Shown: positions 42,655 to 55,730 of the stretch, piece by piece
Position numbering within the stretch: position 1 is the stretch's first letter
How the letters are laid out: each line of letters opens with the position of its first letter
Assembly (NCBI GenBank): GCA_951406725.2
Contig: OX597816.1
Span: 67,704,001 to 67,768,000 of the forward strand
Source of the DNA: Octopus vulgaris
Taxonomy: Eukaryota
Length of the DNA: 64,000 nucleotides
Direction: 5' to 3'
Program-made: the position numbers and the translations under genes
Notes under the pieces: generated by a model
What the model saw: the letters and a program-made list of their open reading frames with translations, nothing else
What the model was told of the DNA's origin: nothing
Database searches by the model: none

Positions 42655-42714
<60 letters not shown>

Positions 42715-43891
42715 AAATATAAGATCCAAGTTTAGTAAGAAAGTTAGCTGCAAGCAATCTGTATTAAATATATAAAAAAAAAACAACTTTCAGCAACAAT
42801 AGTGGTTTATTGAGACGGAAGGTTGTGGGTTTTTTTTTTCTTATCGAAGGCGCAGGAGTGACTGTGTGGTAAGTAGCTTACTTACCAACCACATGGTTCC
42901 GGGTTCAGTCCCACTGCGTGGCTTCTTGGGCAAGTGTCTTCTACTATAGCCTCGGGCCAACCAAAGCCTTGAGAGTGGATTTGGTAAACAGAAACTGAAA
43001 GAGGCTCGTCGTATATATGTATATACATGTGTGTGTGTGTGTTTGTGTGTCTGTGTTTGCTTCCCCAACATCGCTTGGCAACCGATGCTGGTGTATTTAC
43101 GTCCCCGTAACTTAGCGGTTCGGCAAAAGAGACCGATAAAATAAGTACTAGGCTTACAAAGAATAAGTCCTTGGGTCGATTTGTTCGACTAAAGGCGGTG
43201 CTCCAGCATGGTCGCAGTCAAAATAACTGAAACAAGTAAAAGAGTAAGTACGATAAATTGAAATAAATTCTTTTCGTATTTCATGGTATGCAAATAAGAA
43301 TACAAGAATTAAGGAATGGAGTAGATAAGATCCAGGTTAGATATGTTTCGTAGCCGACGGAACCTCGGAAGTGGTAAATATCTAAGCGAGGTGTATACTG
43401 CAGGCCAAGGATATCTTGATTGAATGAAAGTTTACATTGGCGCAAAGAAACACACGAGACAATGCGTTCATATATGTATAGGGAGAGATTACGAAAAAAA
43501 CAAAAGACGAAGACAGGTGGTGTACAAAACAAACAGATGTATTAGTATAACGCTCATGAATAGAAAAAGTCTTTTACGTTTCGAGCCGACGCTCATCTAC
43601 AGAAAAGGACACAGAAAAAATAAGGAGAGAAACATATACATGTATATGAATGCATATTCACACACTCACTCACATACGCACTCACACGCATAATTTGATT
43701 GGTCAAGAATTTTGTTTAGATATAAAGTTAGGTGGAAATTTTTTTTGTTTTGTCTTTGTATCTCTGAGTCAACTTATAAATTACCTCATTTACCCTCAAA
43801 TATAAGAAAAGCAAAAACGGAAAATTGGGTGGCGGTGGCGGCAGCGTTGGTGGTAGTGGTGATGGTAGTGACGCTGGTAGTTGTGGCGGTG

Positions 43892-43925
<34 letters not shown>

Positions 43926-44071
43926 CAGCAGCAATAATAAATAAGATAGCATGGTGATAAAGCTGGAAAGGAAAAGAAAGCACTTGTTATATTTTTTAAT
44001 GATAAGGGGCCGACTCAATTTACTGAAGAGACTAAATGTAAAATACATACATACACACACAATAGTTTATA

Positions 44072-44131
<60 letters not shown>

Positions 44132-47100
44132 TAGATATATATATATATATATATATACATACATACATACATATATATATGTGTGTGTGTGTGTGTGTAT
44201 GTATGTATATATATATACAGTATATATAAACTATTAGTCACATATTAGTTTGGAGTACTTCTATGGCATTTTTCCTTTACTGTTAAAGTTTCTTATTAAG
44301 GACCTGTTGCTGTTTAGTTCCAATTCAGCTTGATTAAGCAGACCTGAAACCAAAGGTGTTTCAGCTGTCTTCACTCGCACTCTGCATCCAGATCCACGTG
44401 ATCCAATAATTGCCTCTCTTTTCTAACGTGGCAAGATGTAATTTGATAGAGACTTGATTGTTGTTTCATGCCGACTGAGCGACCCATGATAGTTTATAAG
44501 GCCATGGTAGTTTATGAGGAGGGAGAAGTTTATTATATCGTCCCCTGTACTCCACGTTGTAGTACTTTGTCGACCCGGAAGAAGGAAGTCGTACTCTGCG
44601 GATTTGAACTCGGAACGAAAAGAACCGGAGAGTGTATATAATAAGCTCATTTTTGTTTTAAAGTTTTTCCCTTCTCAAATTTAGCTGTCACCCCCCCCTT
44701 TCTAATAGAAATAACAGTTTCAAATTTGGGGGCGAGGCCAGCAATTTTATGGGAAGGATTAGTCGATCACATCGGCCTAAATTCTCGACCTCGAAAGGGG
44801 TGAAAAGTAAAGTCGACCTCAGCAGAATTTGGATTCAGAACGTAAGGAACCGGAAGAACTGCTCCTAAGCCTTTTATCCGATAGTTAGCATTTCTGCTAA
44901 CTCGTTGCTCTCATTAATAGAAATAATAATTTTCTACTGTATGCACATTTCATCGACCCATAGAAGATGAAAGGCAAAGTCTAATTCGAACTCGGAACGT
45001 AAAGACGGATGAAATGTCGTCATTTTATCCAGCGAGCTAATGATCCCGCCAGCTCGCTACCTTCTTTAGTAGAAATAATGACACCCAGTAAAGAAGCACC
45101 CCCCCCCCACCAAAAAAAAAAAGAGTGAAGGCGCGTGGCTTAGTGGTTAAAGGGTGTTGCACTTATGATCATAAGATTGTGGTTTCGATTCCTGGACTGA
45201 ACGTTGTGTTTTTGATCAAAACTCTTTATTTCACGTTGCTCCAGCTGGTAAAAACGAGCAACCCTATGATGGACTAGCGAGCGCATATTTTCCCAGCCGT
45301 CCAACGGGGAAAATATACGCCACACAAACCGAGAAACAGGCTGCATGCGTATATATGTACCGGGAAGGATCAAAATCTCGTTTTTTATTTTTTTTCATCC
45401 TGAAAACACTTCCATCGAAAGTAGCCATTGCTTGAAACATATAAATAGAATGAATAAAATACCAAGAACAAGAAAACATAGATTCAAGTAGCTTCCCTGT
45501 TATAAAGCAATTCGTAAGCGTTCTTTACTACAATCGATAACACGGTCAGTCGGATGCTATAAGTGTATACCTCAATTCCCTTTAGCAATCTAATCTTTAC
45601 GCATTACCTTTTTTTTTAAATGTGAGCTCATCGGTTGGAGTTGACCGTGTATCTGTTTATGTATGTGTAATCCTGGACGTGGCTTATTTTGAAGAAGTTT
45701 AGCAGTTGTTCATGCACGCAAATCTCTCATCTCCATGTTACCGGTGCTGTCCAAGGGAAGGGCAAAACAAGGGCTGATGCAATTTAGCACTAATGTCAGA
45801 ATGGCAAAATTAGAAATTTGAACTTGTGAGTCAAAAGGGGAGCAAATATGAATGGAAAATGATACTGTCAACACGGCTGAAAGTCAAAGTTAACCTCGGC
45901 GAAACTCTGAACGTAAAGAGCTGGGCAAAATACTGCAAGACATTTCTTCCGACCCATTAACGATTCTATCAGCTCACCGCCATGTATAAAATTTCATATG
46001 TAGTTACATTTTAATATTGGTTTCGAATTAAGGCGGCGAGCTGGCAGAAACGTTAGCACGCCGGGCGAAATGCGTAGCCGTATTTCGTCTGCCGTTACGT
46101 TCTGAGTTCAAATTCCGCCGAGGTCGACTTTGCCTTTCATCCTTTCGGGGTCGATAAATTAAGTACCACTTACGCACTGGGGTCGATATAATAGACTTAA
46201 TCCGTTTGTCAGTCCTTGTTTGCCCCCTCTGTATTTAGCCCCTTGTGGGTAGTAAAGAAATAGGTATTTCGTCTGCCGCTACGTTCTGAGTTCAAATTCC
46301 GCCGAGGTCGACTTTGCCTTTCATGCTTTCGGGGTCGATAAATTAAGTACCAGTTGCGAACTTGGGCCGATCTAATCGATTGCACCCCCCACTTTCCCCA
46401 AAATTTCGGAGCAGGAGACTTTTCGATTTCAAAGAAATGGTATGTATTTTATCTTCCTCGAAAAGATGAAAAGCGAGGTCGACCTCAACCCGACGAACGA
46501 AACGCTGCTAAGCATTTTCCCCAGCGTTCAAACGATTCCGCCAGCTCACCGCTTTATGTTACAATTTTAATATAACTTTATATTAGAACTGTTCGTTCAT
46601 TGGTATTATCGATAATGTTATCTTCCTCGTTATTTTCATATGTCTTTACTTTTATATATTTTATTTTCCAGCTGCTACGGTCCTCGATAAGTTATGCCGA
46701 AATCAAAACAAATCGTACACATCGAGTGGAAGATCATTAAGGCTGGATTTTGTTACGAATGACGAAATAAGTTACATGGGATTCACCGCCACTTATACCT
46801 TTTCAAGTAAATACAATTAATATTGTCCTCTTTTAAATCTGTTTCAAAAATGCTTCTCAAAACTGCTTTCTATCTTTTTTCCTTTTAAATCTATAAATAA
46901 CATATATTGCTCGTGGTTCTTTGAAAATGGTAAAGTCAGCTTTACATGTTGAGTGGCCTGCTTTAGCCTTCATTGATGGGTAGCTCTTTTTATCTCTATC
47001 TTTTATTTTTTATCCTTTACATGGACTGCAGCCATAGACTGCTGGGGCATTTGCGTTGAAGGCTTGGTTAAACAGATCGTCTCCACTGCTTATTTTAATA

Positions 47101-47337
47101 CCTGGCACTCATTCTATCGGTTCTCTTTCGCTGAAATGCTAAGTTAATAGGGGAAATAAACAAACCAACACCGGTTTGTCAAGCGGTGGGGGGAAGACAC
47201 ACACACACACACACATACATACACGACGGGCTTTAACACAAATTCAGCCTACCAAAGTATCGCGTATTGGGCCTGAACTGAAAACTATATGGTTGCAAAG
47301 AGAGGTTTTTAATCAAACGGCCATACATGTGCCTACA

Positions 47338-47404
<67 letters not shown>

Positions 47405-49447
47405 GTAGATAGATAGATGAACAGATGTGTTTGTATATTTAATGAAAGCCAGTTAGGTGAGAAATACAAGGTGAGAAAGACAGACCACCTGGCAAGTAGG
47501 GTATTCGATATGGGTGTGTTTCTTCCACAAACTCGACAGAATCCGCCGAGGATAACTGTATCGAAACTCATGGAATCCCTAGAGTGCAAGTAACAGCAGG
47601 ATCTAAATCTGTTGATACACCGTTCAATGAGACTCGTGAATGTATATTTTTGATGTTTTACAAGATAAGAACATCGTCTAACCACGTCCTATTTTTTTTC
47701 AAAACGTTGTTGTGTATATCGTTTCATATTATGTTTACCTTTTTAGATTGTCCTCTGCGATGTAGAAATGGCGGTGTCTGTGAAAATCATCGGTAAGTTA
47801 AACATTATATTTCCATTAGCAAACGCGGCGAACTGGCAGACAAGCTAACGCGTCGGGCGAAATGCTTTGTGATATTTCGTCCGCCGTTACGTTCTGAGTT
47901 CAAATTCCGCCGAGGTCTACTTTGCCTTTCATCCTTTCGGATTCGATAAATTAAGTACCAGTTACGCACTGGGGTCGATATAATCGACTTAATCCGTTTG
48001 TCTGTCCTTGTTTGTCCCCTCTGTGTTTAACCCCTTGTGGGTAGTAAAGAAATAGGTATTTCGTCTGCTGCTACGTTCTGAGTTCAAATTCCGCCGAGGT
48101 CGACTTTGCCTTTCATCCTTTCGGGGTCGATTAAATAAGTACCAGTTACGCACTGGGGTCGATGTAATCGACTTAATCTGTTTGTCTGTCCTTGTTTGTC
48201 CCCTCTGTGTGTAGCCCCTTGTGGGTGGTAAAGAAATAAGAAAACGTGAGCCGTCAAAAATGACGGCGGAGGTTTTACTAAACGTTGAAACAATTACATC
48301 TTGGCTTGTATGTACAAATATTCGATTTTCTAATTAGAGATTTTGTTTAAAAATGGACGTGATGAAAGTTAGTTATGAGAGTATGAAGATGTGAATAAAA
48401 ATGACAAAATAACAGGAAAATAAGAAAATTATATTTATCACTCCCCAAATATTATATAGGTTTTGTTACTTTTAGTATATACTATATGTTTTATTTATTA
48501 TTTTATATTTTTTTATTTTCCACAATAAATTATCGACCTATTTGACAAACGTTGCATATGATTATATGATTATGTGTTCAAAAGTATCAATACATATATA
48601 TATGATACGTGATAAACTATGATCTTAAGAAAAACCGGATGGTCATAGCTGAGATGCTTTTGATCATAGGCCTACCTGTTTAGTAATACCCACAGAGGTT
48701 AAACTACAATAATGATTAATAAAAAAAAAACAGAAGCCAACGCGAGATCCTACACGTAGTCACTCGATATGCTCAAATTCTGCGTACATCTGTAACGCCT
48801 TTAAGTCATGGAAGAAATGGAGCTAAAAAATAACAACAGCAACAATAATTAATAGAAACTGAGGAGAATGTATTTTGGAAAGCTTCATACTAAAGTTAGA
48901 TAAGGAGGAGGAGTGGCTATAATAGGCGTAGGAGTGGCTGTGTGGTAAGTAGCTTGCTTACGAACCACAAGGTTCCGGGTTCAGTCCCACTGCATGGCAC
49001 CTTGGGCAAGTGTCTTCTACTATAACCTCGGGCCGACCAAAGCCTTGTGAATGGATTTGGTAGACAGAAACTGAAAGAAGCCAGTCGTATATATATATAT
49101 GTGTGTGTGTGTGTTTGTGTGTCTGTGTTTGTCCCCTCAACATCGCTTGACAACTGATGCTGATGTGTTTACGTCCCCATAAATTAGCGATTCGGCAAAA
49201 GAGACCGATAGAATAAGTACTAGGCTTACAAAGAATAAGTCCTGGTGTCGATTTGTTCGACTAAAAGCGGTGCTCCAGCATGGCCGCAGTCAAATTACTG
49301 AAACAAGTAAAAGAGTGAAAAAAAATTGAGTAAGGAAAGTAATTTTTGAATTGGGTTTAACAAATAGATTCTTGTGGAGTGATAGATCCGTTTCAGAGTG
49401 TATGAAAAATATAGATATCGCTGAAATATTTACTCACGTGTGTGTGT

Positions 49448-49504
<57 letters not shown>

Positions 49505-49724
49505 CACATACATCTGTCTATACATACATATATATATCTATATAAATATGCACACTCACATGCACATATATATGAATATATGTGTATGCATGTATATATA
49601 TATGTGTGTATATCTGTGTACGTACATATGTATGTATATCTGTATACGTATATATGTACGTATATCTGTATGTATATGTGTGCGTGTGTGTGTGTACATT
49701 TATGTATGCATGCATGTTTGTGTG

Positions 49725-49798
<74 letters not shown>

Positions 49799-52602
49799 TA
49801 AGTGCTTCATCATGTCACCGTATACAGAAACAGGATTTGAAAAGCTGTTGTGCTGTGCAAAAATTGTTTTAAGTATACTTTATTATACGGGTAGCTTAAT
49901 TAGTTCTTAAAACTAATATTCTTGACTCTTACCCTCTCTGTCTGCGTATGTGTTGTATATGTGTGAGTAAGTAAATTAGGTTTTAGTGACATGCAGCTGG
50001 TGAAAAAAAAACTGTGGCAATCACCCGGCAATAGACATACCAATTATAACAATAATAATTATTTCAAATTCTGACATATGGCCAGCAGTTTTAGCGCAAG
50101 GGGACAAGTCGATTACCTCGACCCCCAGTACTTGACTAGTACATTTTTTATGGACCCTGGAAGATTATTTTTGTTTTTAACAACATTGACCTCGGCTGGA
50201 CTTGAAATGCAGCAGAAATGCTGCAAGTTATTTCGTGCAAAATCTTCTGCCTGATCGCCTTTCTACAAGAGGCACAAACCCTAAAATATGTGGGGAAGGG
50301 GGCTGGTCGATTACATCAACTCATCGATGAACTGGTACTTGATTTAGCAACCTCGGAAGGATGAAAGACAATGTCTACCTCGGCGGAATTTGAACTCAGA
50401 GAGTAAAGCCAGAAGAAACGCTGCGAAACATCTAGATCTAATGTGCTAACGATCCTACCAGCTTAACAACAATAATAATCGTTTCTACTATAGGCACAAT
50501 GCCTGAAATTTTGGGGCGGGGGACTAGCCGATTTCATCGACCCCAGAGCGTAATTGGTACTTAAATCATTGACCCCGAAAGGACGAAAAGTAAAGTCGAC
50601 CCCGGCAAATAATAATAATAATGCATTTTATCACAAGGACCCATACACGCAAACCAAAATGTACCATGGTATTATAGTAACCAAAACATGTTGATATACG
50701 AGGGCTGATCAATAAGTATCTGGAATGTTGCCATAGTAGCGAAGCTAAAGTAAGCAGAGTAAAGCCGTTTGGCACAGATTTACCTTGTACTCTGTGGTAC
50801 ATGCGCACTAAACTTTAATGTTTTGGCGCACTTTCACTGTTTACAGCAGTACTTGAAAGGAATGTGTGTAGCGTGTGATCGTCGCATCGACCATGACATA
50901 GTTGAGCAGAGAATCTACATCAAATTTTGCCAAAAGCTTGGCGATACATGCTCAGAGACCTACGTAAAGTTTTCAAAAAGTCTTCATCGTTCTCGACACA
51001 GTCAAGGAGATCTTGTGTAACTGAAACGCGGGTGGCTTCTTGGTCAGCTGGAAGCAGTTTTGGCACAAACTTAGTAGACATGCGTCTCATACCCAATTCT
51101 GCAGTGGTAATGGACTGAACTGAACCGTAACTAATCTGCACATCCTCTGATAATTCACGGATGGTGATTCGACGATTTCCCCTCACAGCTGCACGCACAT
51201 CTGCGATGTTCTCAGTTCTGCTGATGCGGACATTTTTCGGCCATCTTGGAAACGACTGTACACTTGTATGCGTACACTTGTGTGCGACTCATCCACTCCT
51301 CTCCATACACTTTCTGCAACTTTGCGTAGGCTTCTGAGCGGGTATCGCCTTGACAACTTTTTCTGTCATGGTCAATGCGACAATCACACGTTACACACAT
51401 TACTTCCAAGCACTGCTGTAAATAGGGAAAGTGAGCTAGAATGTTAAAACTTAGTGTTCATGCACAGCAAAGATCAAGGTTAATCTGTGCCAAGCGGTAT
51501 CTCTTTGCGTGCTTTAGCTTCGTTACTATGGCAACAGTCCGGATACTTATTGATCAGCCTCCTATATATATGTAATGTGTGTGTGTGTGTGTGCGCGCGC
51601 GCGTGCGCAAAGGGCATATGAGGCAGAAACGTAAATCATATTAAAACAAGCTTAGAATTTAGTACGGCAAAAAAGATAAGGTTAACCTGGCTGTGTGGTA
51701 AGTAGTTTGCTTACCAACCTCATCGTTCCGCGTTCAGTCTCACGGCGTGGCACCTTGGGCAAATGTCTTCTACTATAGGCACGGGTCAACCAAAGCCTTG
51801 TGAGTGGATTTGGTAGACGGAAACTGAAAGAAGCCCGTCGTATATATGTATATATATGTGTGTGTGTATGTTTGTGTGTCTGTGTTTGTCTCCCCAACAA
51901 TCGCTTGACAACCGATGCTGGTGTTTTACGTCCCCGTAACTTAGCGGTTCGGCAAAAGAGACCGATAGAATAAGTACTAGGCTTCCAAAGAATAAGTCCT
52001 GGTGCCGATTTGCTCGACGAAAGGCAGTGCCCTAGCATGGCCGCAGTCAAATGACAGAAACAAGTCAAAGAGTAAAAGAGTACCCATGTAGTATGAATGG
52101 AGCACTTCACAGTTCCGACGATGACGTTCTGCTCGGATTATCTTCATCAAATTCCTTCAAATTTGTCCATGAATATCACTGAGATGGTCTAAGACACTGT
52201 GCTTCTCACATTCTGTAAAAAAATGGTTCGCTTGATGTTTGTAAGCCTGATGTGTGGCTTTAACCAGCAGTCTATCACTTCGGTCTTCTATATAACCACC
52301 CCGCTCTGATCATTTTCCGCAGTCAGAGCGGTATATTTTTCGTTCTTCTTCAAGATTTTCTAAATATGTCAAAATATTTCGTCTAACTGGAGTGAAGGTT
52401 GGGCAATACCGTGCTGATGACGTCTATTGAGACAGAGGCACGCGTCTAGAGTTGTTCCCTTGTCTCCAGACACGAAACAAACGAAACAGGCCCAGTTTTT
52501 ACGAATGGTATATTAATTCCGAAGAATCGCTAACTGCCTAAGGTTATCCCTCTTTCTCATTTAGAGTAAGTTGCTAGCCACCTTAATAACAACGGCGGCG
52601 CG

Positions 52603-52643
<41 letters not shown>

Positions 52644-52650
52644 CAACAGC

Positions 52651-52683
<33 letters not shown>

Positions 52684-52922
52684 CTCTCCCATCATAGGCA
52701 CTAGGGCTGAAATTTTGCGGGAGGGAGCAAGTGGATTGCATCGACCCCAAAAACTTAATCGGTACTTATTTTATCGGCCCCCGAAAGGATGGAAAATAGA
52801 GTCGACCTCGGCGGAATTTGAACCCAGAATAATAATAATAATAATAATAATGATAATAATTTTTCGTATATTTTACCCCAGTGTCATTTTAATGGCATGC
52901 ACTGCTCTCTCGCTCAATAATG

Positions 52923-52966
<44 letters not shown>

Positions 52967-55664
52967 CATATATATTATTGTTGTTTCGTGCGCACGGTTC
53001 TTCAAGAATGTTCTCTGCTCTTTCGTATATGTTTTGGCGCTTCTGTCATTGCTACATTATGAGTAACAGATAAATGGTAGATTTAATAAAATCAATTACC
53101 GCACCCATCAGAAATATGATACTTCGATTTGTGCAAACAAACAACTTCGTAGTCTTCTTCCGCTCAATAGTGGAATACAAAAGCCGGAAATATTAGACGT
53201 TCTACTCGTTGAGGCAACTGAAGTGATTCAAAATTTAGAGTTGCCAACATGTATTCTCACTATATTCTACCACATTAAATCTTATGCTGTAATATTAAAT
53301 TTACTTCTGTAGCAAACGGCCCTGGAAAGACAACTAACAGGTTTTATCATTTTATCATTTTGTCGATTTCAGCTGTATATGTCCTCACGGCTTCCAAGGG
53401 AGACAGTGTGACTTACCTGTGGGGTGTAATGAAGAACCCTGTAAAAATGGTGCAACGTGTAGAGAAAGAAAAATTGGTTACATTTGTCTATGTCCGGAGG
53501 GTTACACTGGATATAATTGTGAGAAGGTGAGACATTTCTTTTACTATCTATAAAGATAATTCTCTCTCTCTCACACACACAGCGTGTTACTCTCTGTATT
53601 TTATTGGATGGATTTATCTCTCTTGGTTACAACAGCGTCACCTTGAGAACATACTCTGCCACTGCTGGCAATAACAAATATTTTAATGTTAGCATATCTT
53701 TATTGCAAATGGAAATTTCGTTTTATTTAATTTCATTTAAATTAAATATTTTCATTTTGTAAACTATTACTTTCATTTGTATTCAATCACCATCGTTTGT
53801 TCGTTAGCCAAAGTGAACTAGATCCTTACATAAGATGTTTAAAAAAAGAGAGTAAAATTGTTTGTAAAAAAAGTGGGGGAAAAAGAGTAAACAAAACGAT
53901 GCTAATAGTGAAAAAAAAAACAAGGAAAAAAGAAAAAAGATTACAAACTGAAAGTAAGAACGTTCAAATGGTACTGCATCTGCGTGGGGCGCATGCAGCC
54001 ATTTCATCACCATTGATTTCATTATACATTTTTGCATTTTTCATTCGTTTTATGTTTTTGCCCCCACTGTGGTGTTCTGTCTGTCCTTGTTTTGTCCCCT
54101 CTGTGTTAATGGCTTGGGTGCCAAATAAAGAAAAGCATTCTATTATTAACATGCGCAAAACAGGTATGACATACAAATGATAGTTTTCGAATTTTCAACC
54201 AGTTTTGCTCGGTACTGATCATATAATTTTTAAAAAAATTCTACTTCAGCTCAAGTATGTGGTGGAAATTGAAGGCAAAAGCTATGTTAAAAGATTGGGA
54301 AATATTGTGTATACATGTCGCTTGAATGGAAAGATACCGGATAAAGTTTTCTGGTAAGTTTATAGAGATTATCTTTTATCTTTCACTTGTTTCAGTCATT
54401 GAACTACGGCCATGCTAGGGCACCATCTTGAAGCTTTTTTTTAAAGTTGAACAGATCAACCTCAGTACTTATATTTTAAGAGTCTGATACTTATTCTAAT
54501 GGTCTCTTTTACCGAACTGCTAATGTTACGGGAACGTAAACAAACCAACACTAATTATCAAGTAGTGGGGTGCACAAACACAAACACACGCATACACACA
54601 TGTATGAACACACACACACACACATAACATCCTTATCATCATCATCGTTTAGCGTCCGTTTTCCATGTTGGCATGGATTAGATGGTTCGATTGGAATTGG
54701 TAAGCCGGAAAGCTGTACCAGGTTCCAGTGTAGTTTGGTTTGATTCCTACGGCTGGATGTCCTTCCTAACGCCAACCACTTCAGGAATGTAGTGAGTGAC
54801 TTTTATGTGTCACCGGCACGTGTCCCTTTTACATGTCACCAGCACTGACCACGACTACGATCTCACTTGGCTTGACCTGTCTTCTCAAGCACAGCAAATC
54901 ACCAACTCATTGAGACTCGATGTCCGAAGATCATGTTTCACCACCTCGTCCAACATCTTCCACAGGTTCTCTCCGCGGTTACGCATCGGTACTCCTTTGC
55001 GCAGCAGCCCTTGTTCATATGCACCACATAACCATCCCAGCGCAGTCTTCTCTCTTGTACACTACATCTGATGCCTCTTATACCCAGTTTTTCTCTCAAC
55101 ACACTTTCACTCTGTCGTACGTTCACACTGACATCTAGTGAAGCATACCAGCTTCATTTCTTTCAAGCCTTCGCATGCCATCTGCAGTCACAGCCCAGGT
55201 TTCACTGCTATGTCGCATGATTGTCCCTACGCAGGAATCATACAATCTGCCTTTCACTCCGAGACAGAGGCCTTTGTTACCAACAAAAGTAGGTCTTTGA
55301 ATTCTGCCCAGCTTACTCTTATTCTAGCAGCTATGCTCTCAGAGCATTCATCTCAACATATATATTATTTGTTCCTTCTTGAGCCATCCCTGGCTCATAA
55401 GGGCCGGTTTCCCGGTTTCCTTGGCGTATAGGTTCCCCACCTGGACGGGACGCCGGTCCGTCGCAGGTGAGCTGCAAGATGCAGGAGGAAAGAGTGAGAG
55501 TAATTTGTGGCGAAAGAATCAACAGAAGTTCGCTATCACCTTCTGATCACGTGGAGCTTAGGTGTTTCGCTCATAAACACAACACACACATCACCCGGTC
55601 TGAGATTCCAACCCGCGATCCCTCGACCGCGAGTCCGCTGCTCTAACCACTAGGTCATGTGCCT

Positions 55665-55730
<66 letters not shown>

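Noticed and set aside
52412-52450. ctgatgacgtctattgagacagaggcacgcgtc hammerhead-like motif
   Set aside because: The GAAA half of the core is missing and stem I is not evident; at best a dead relic.
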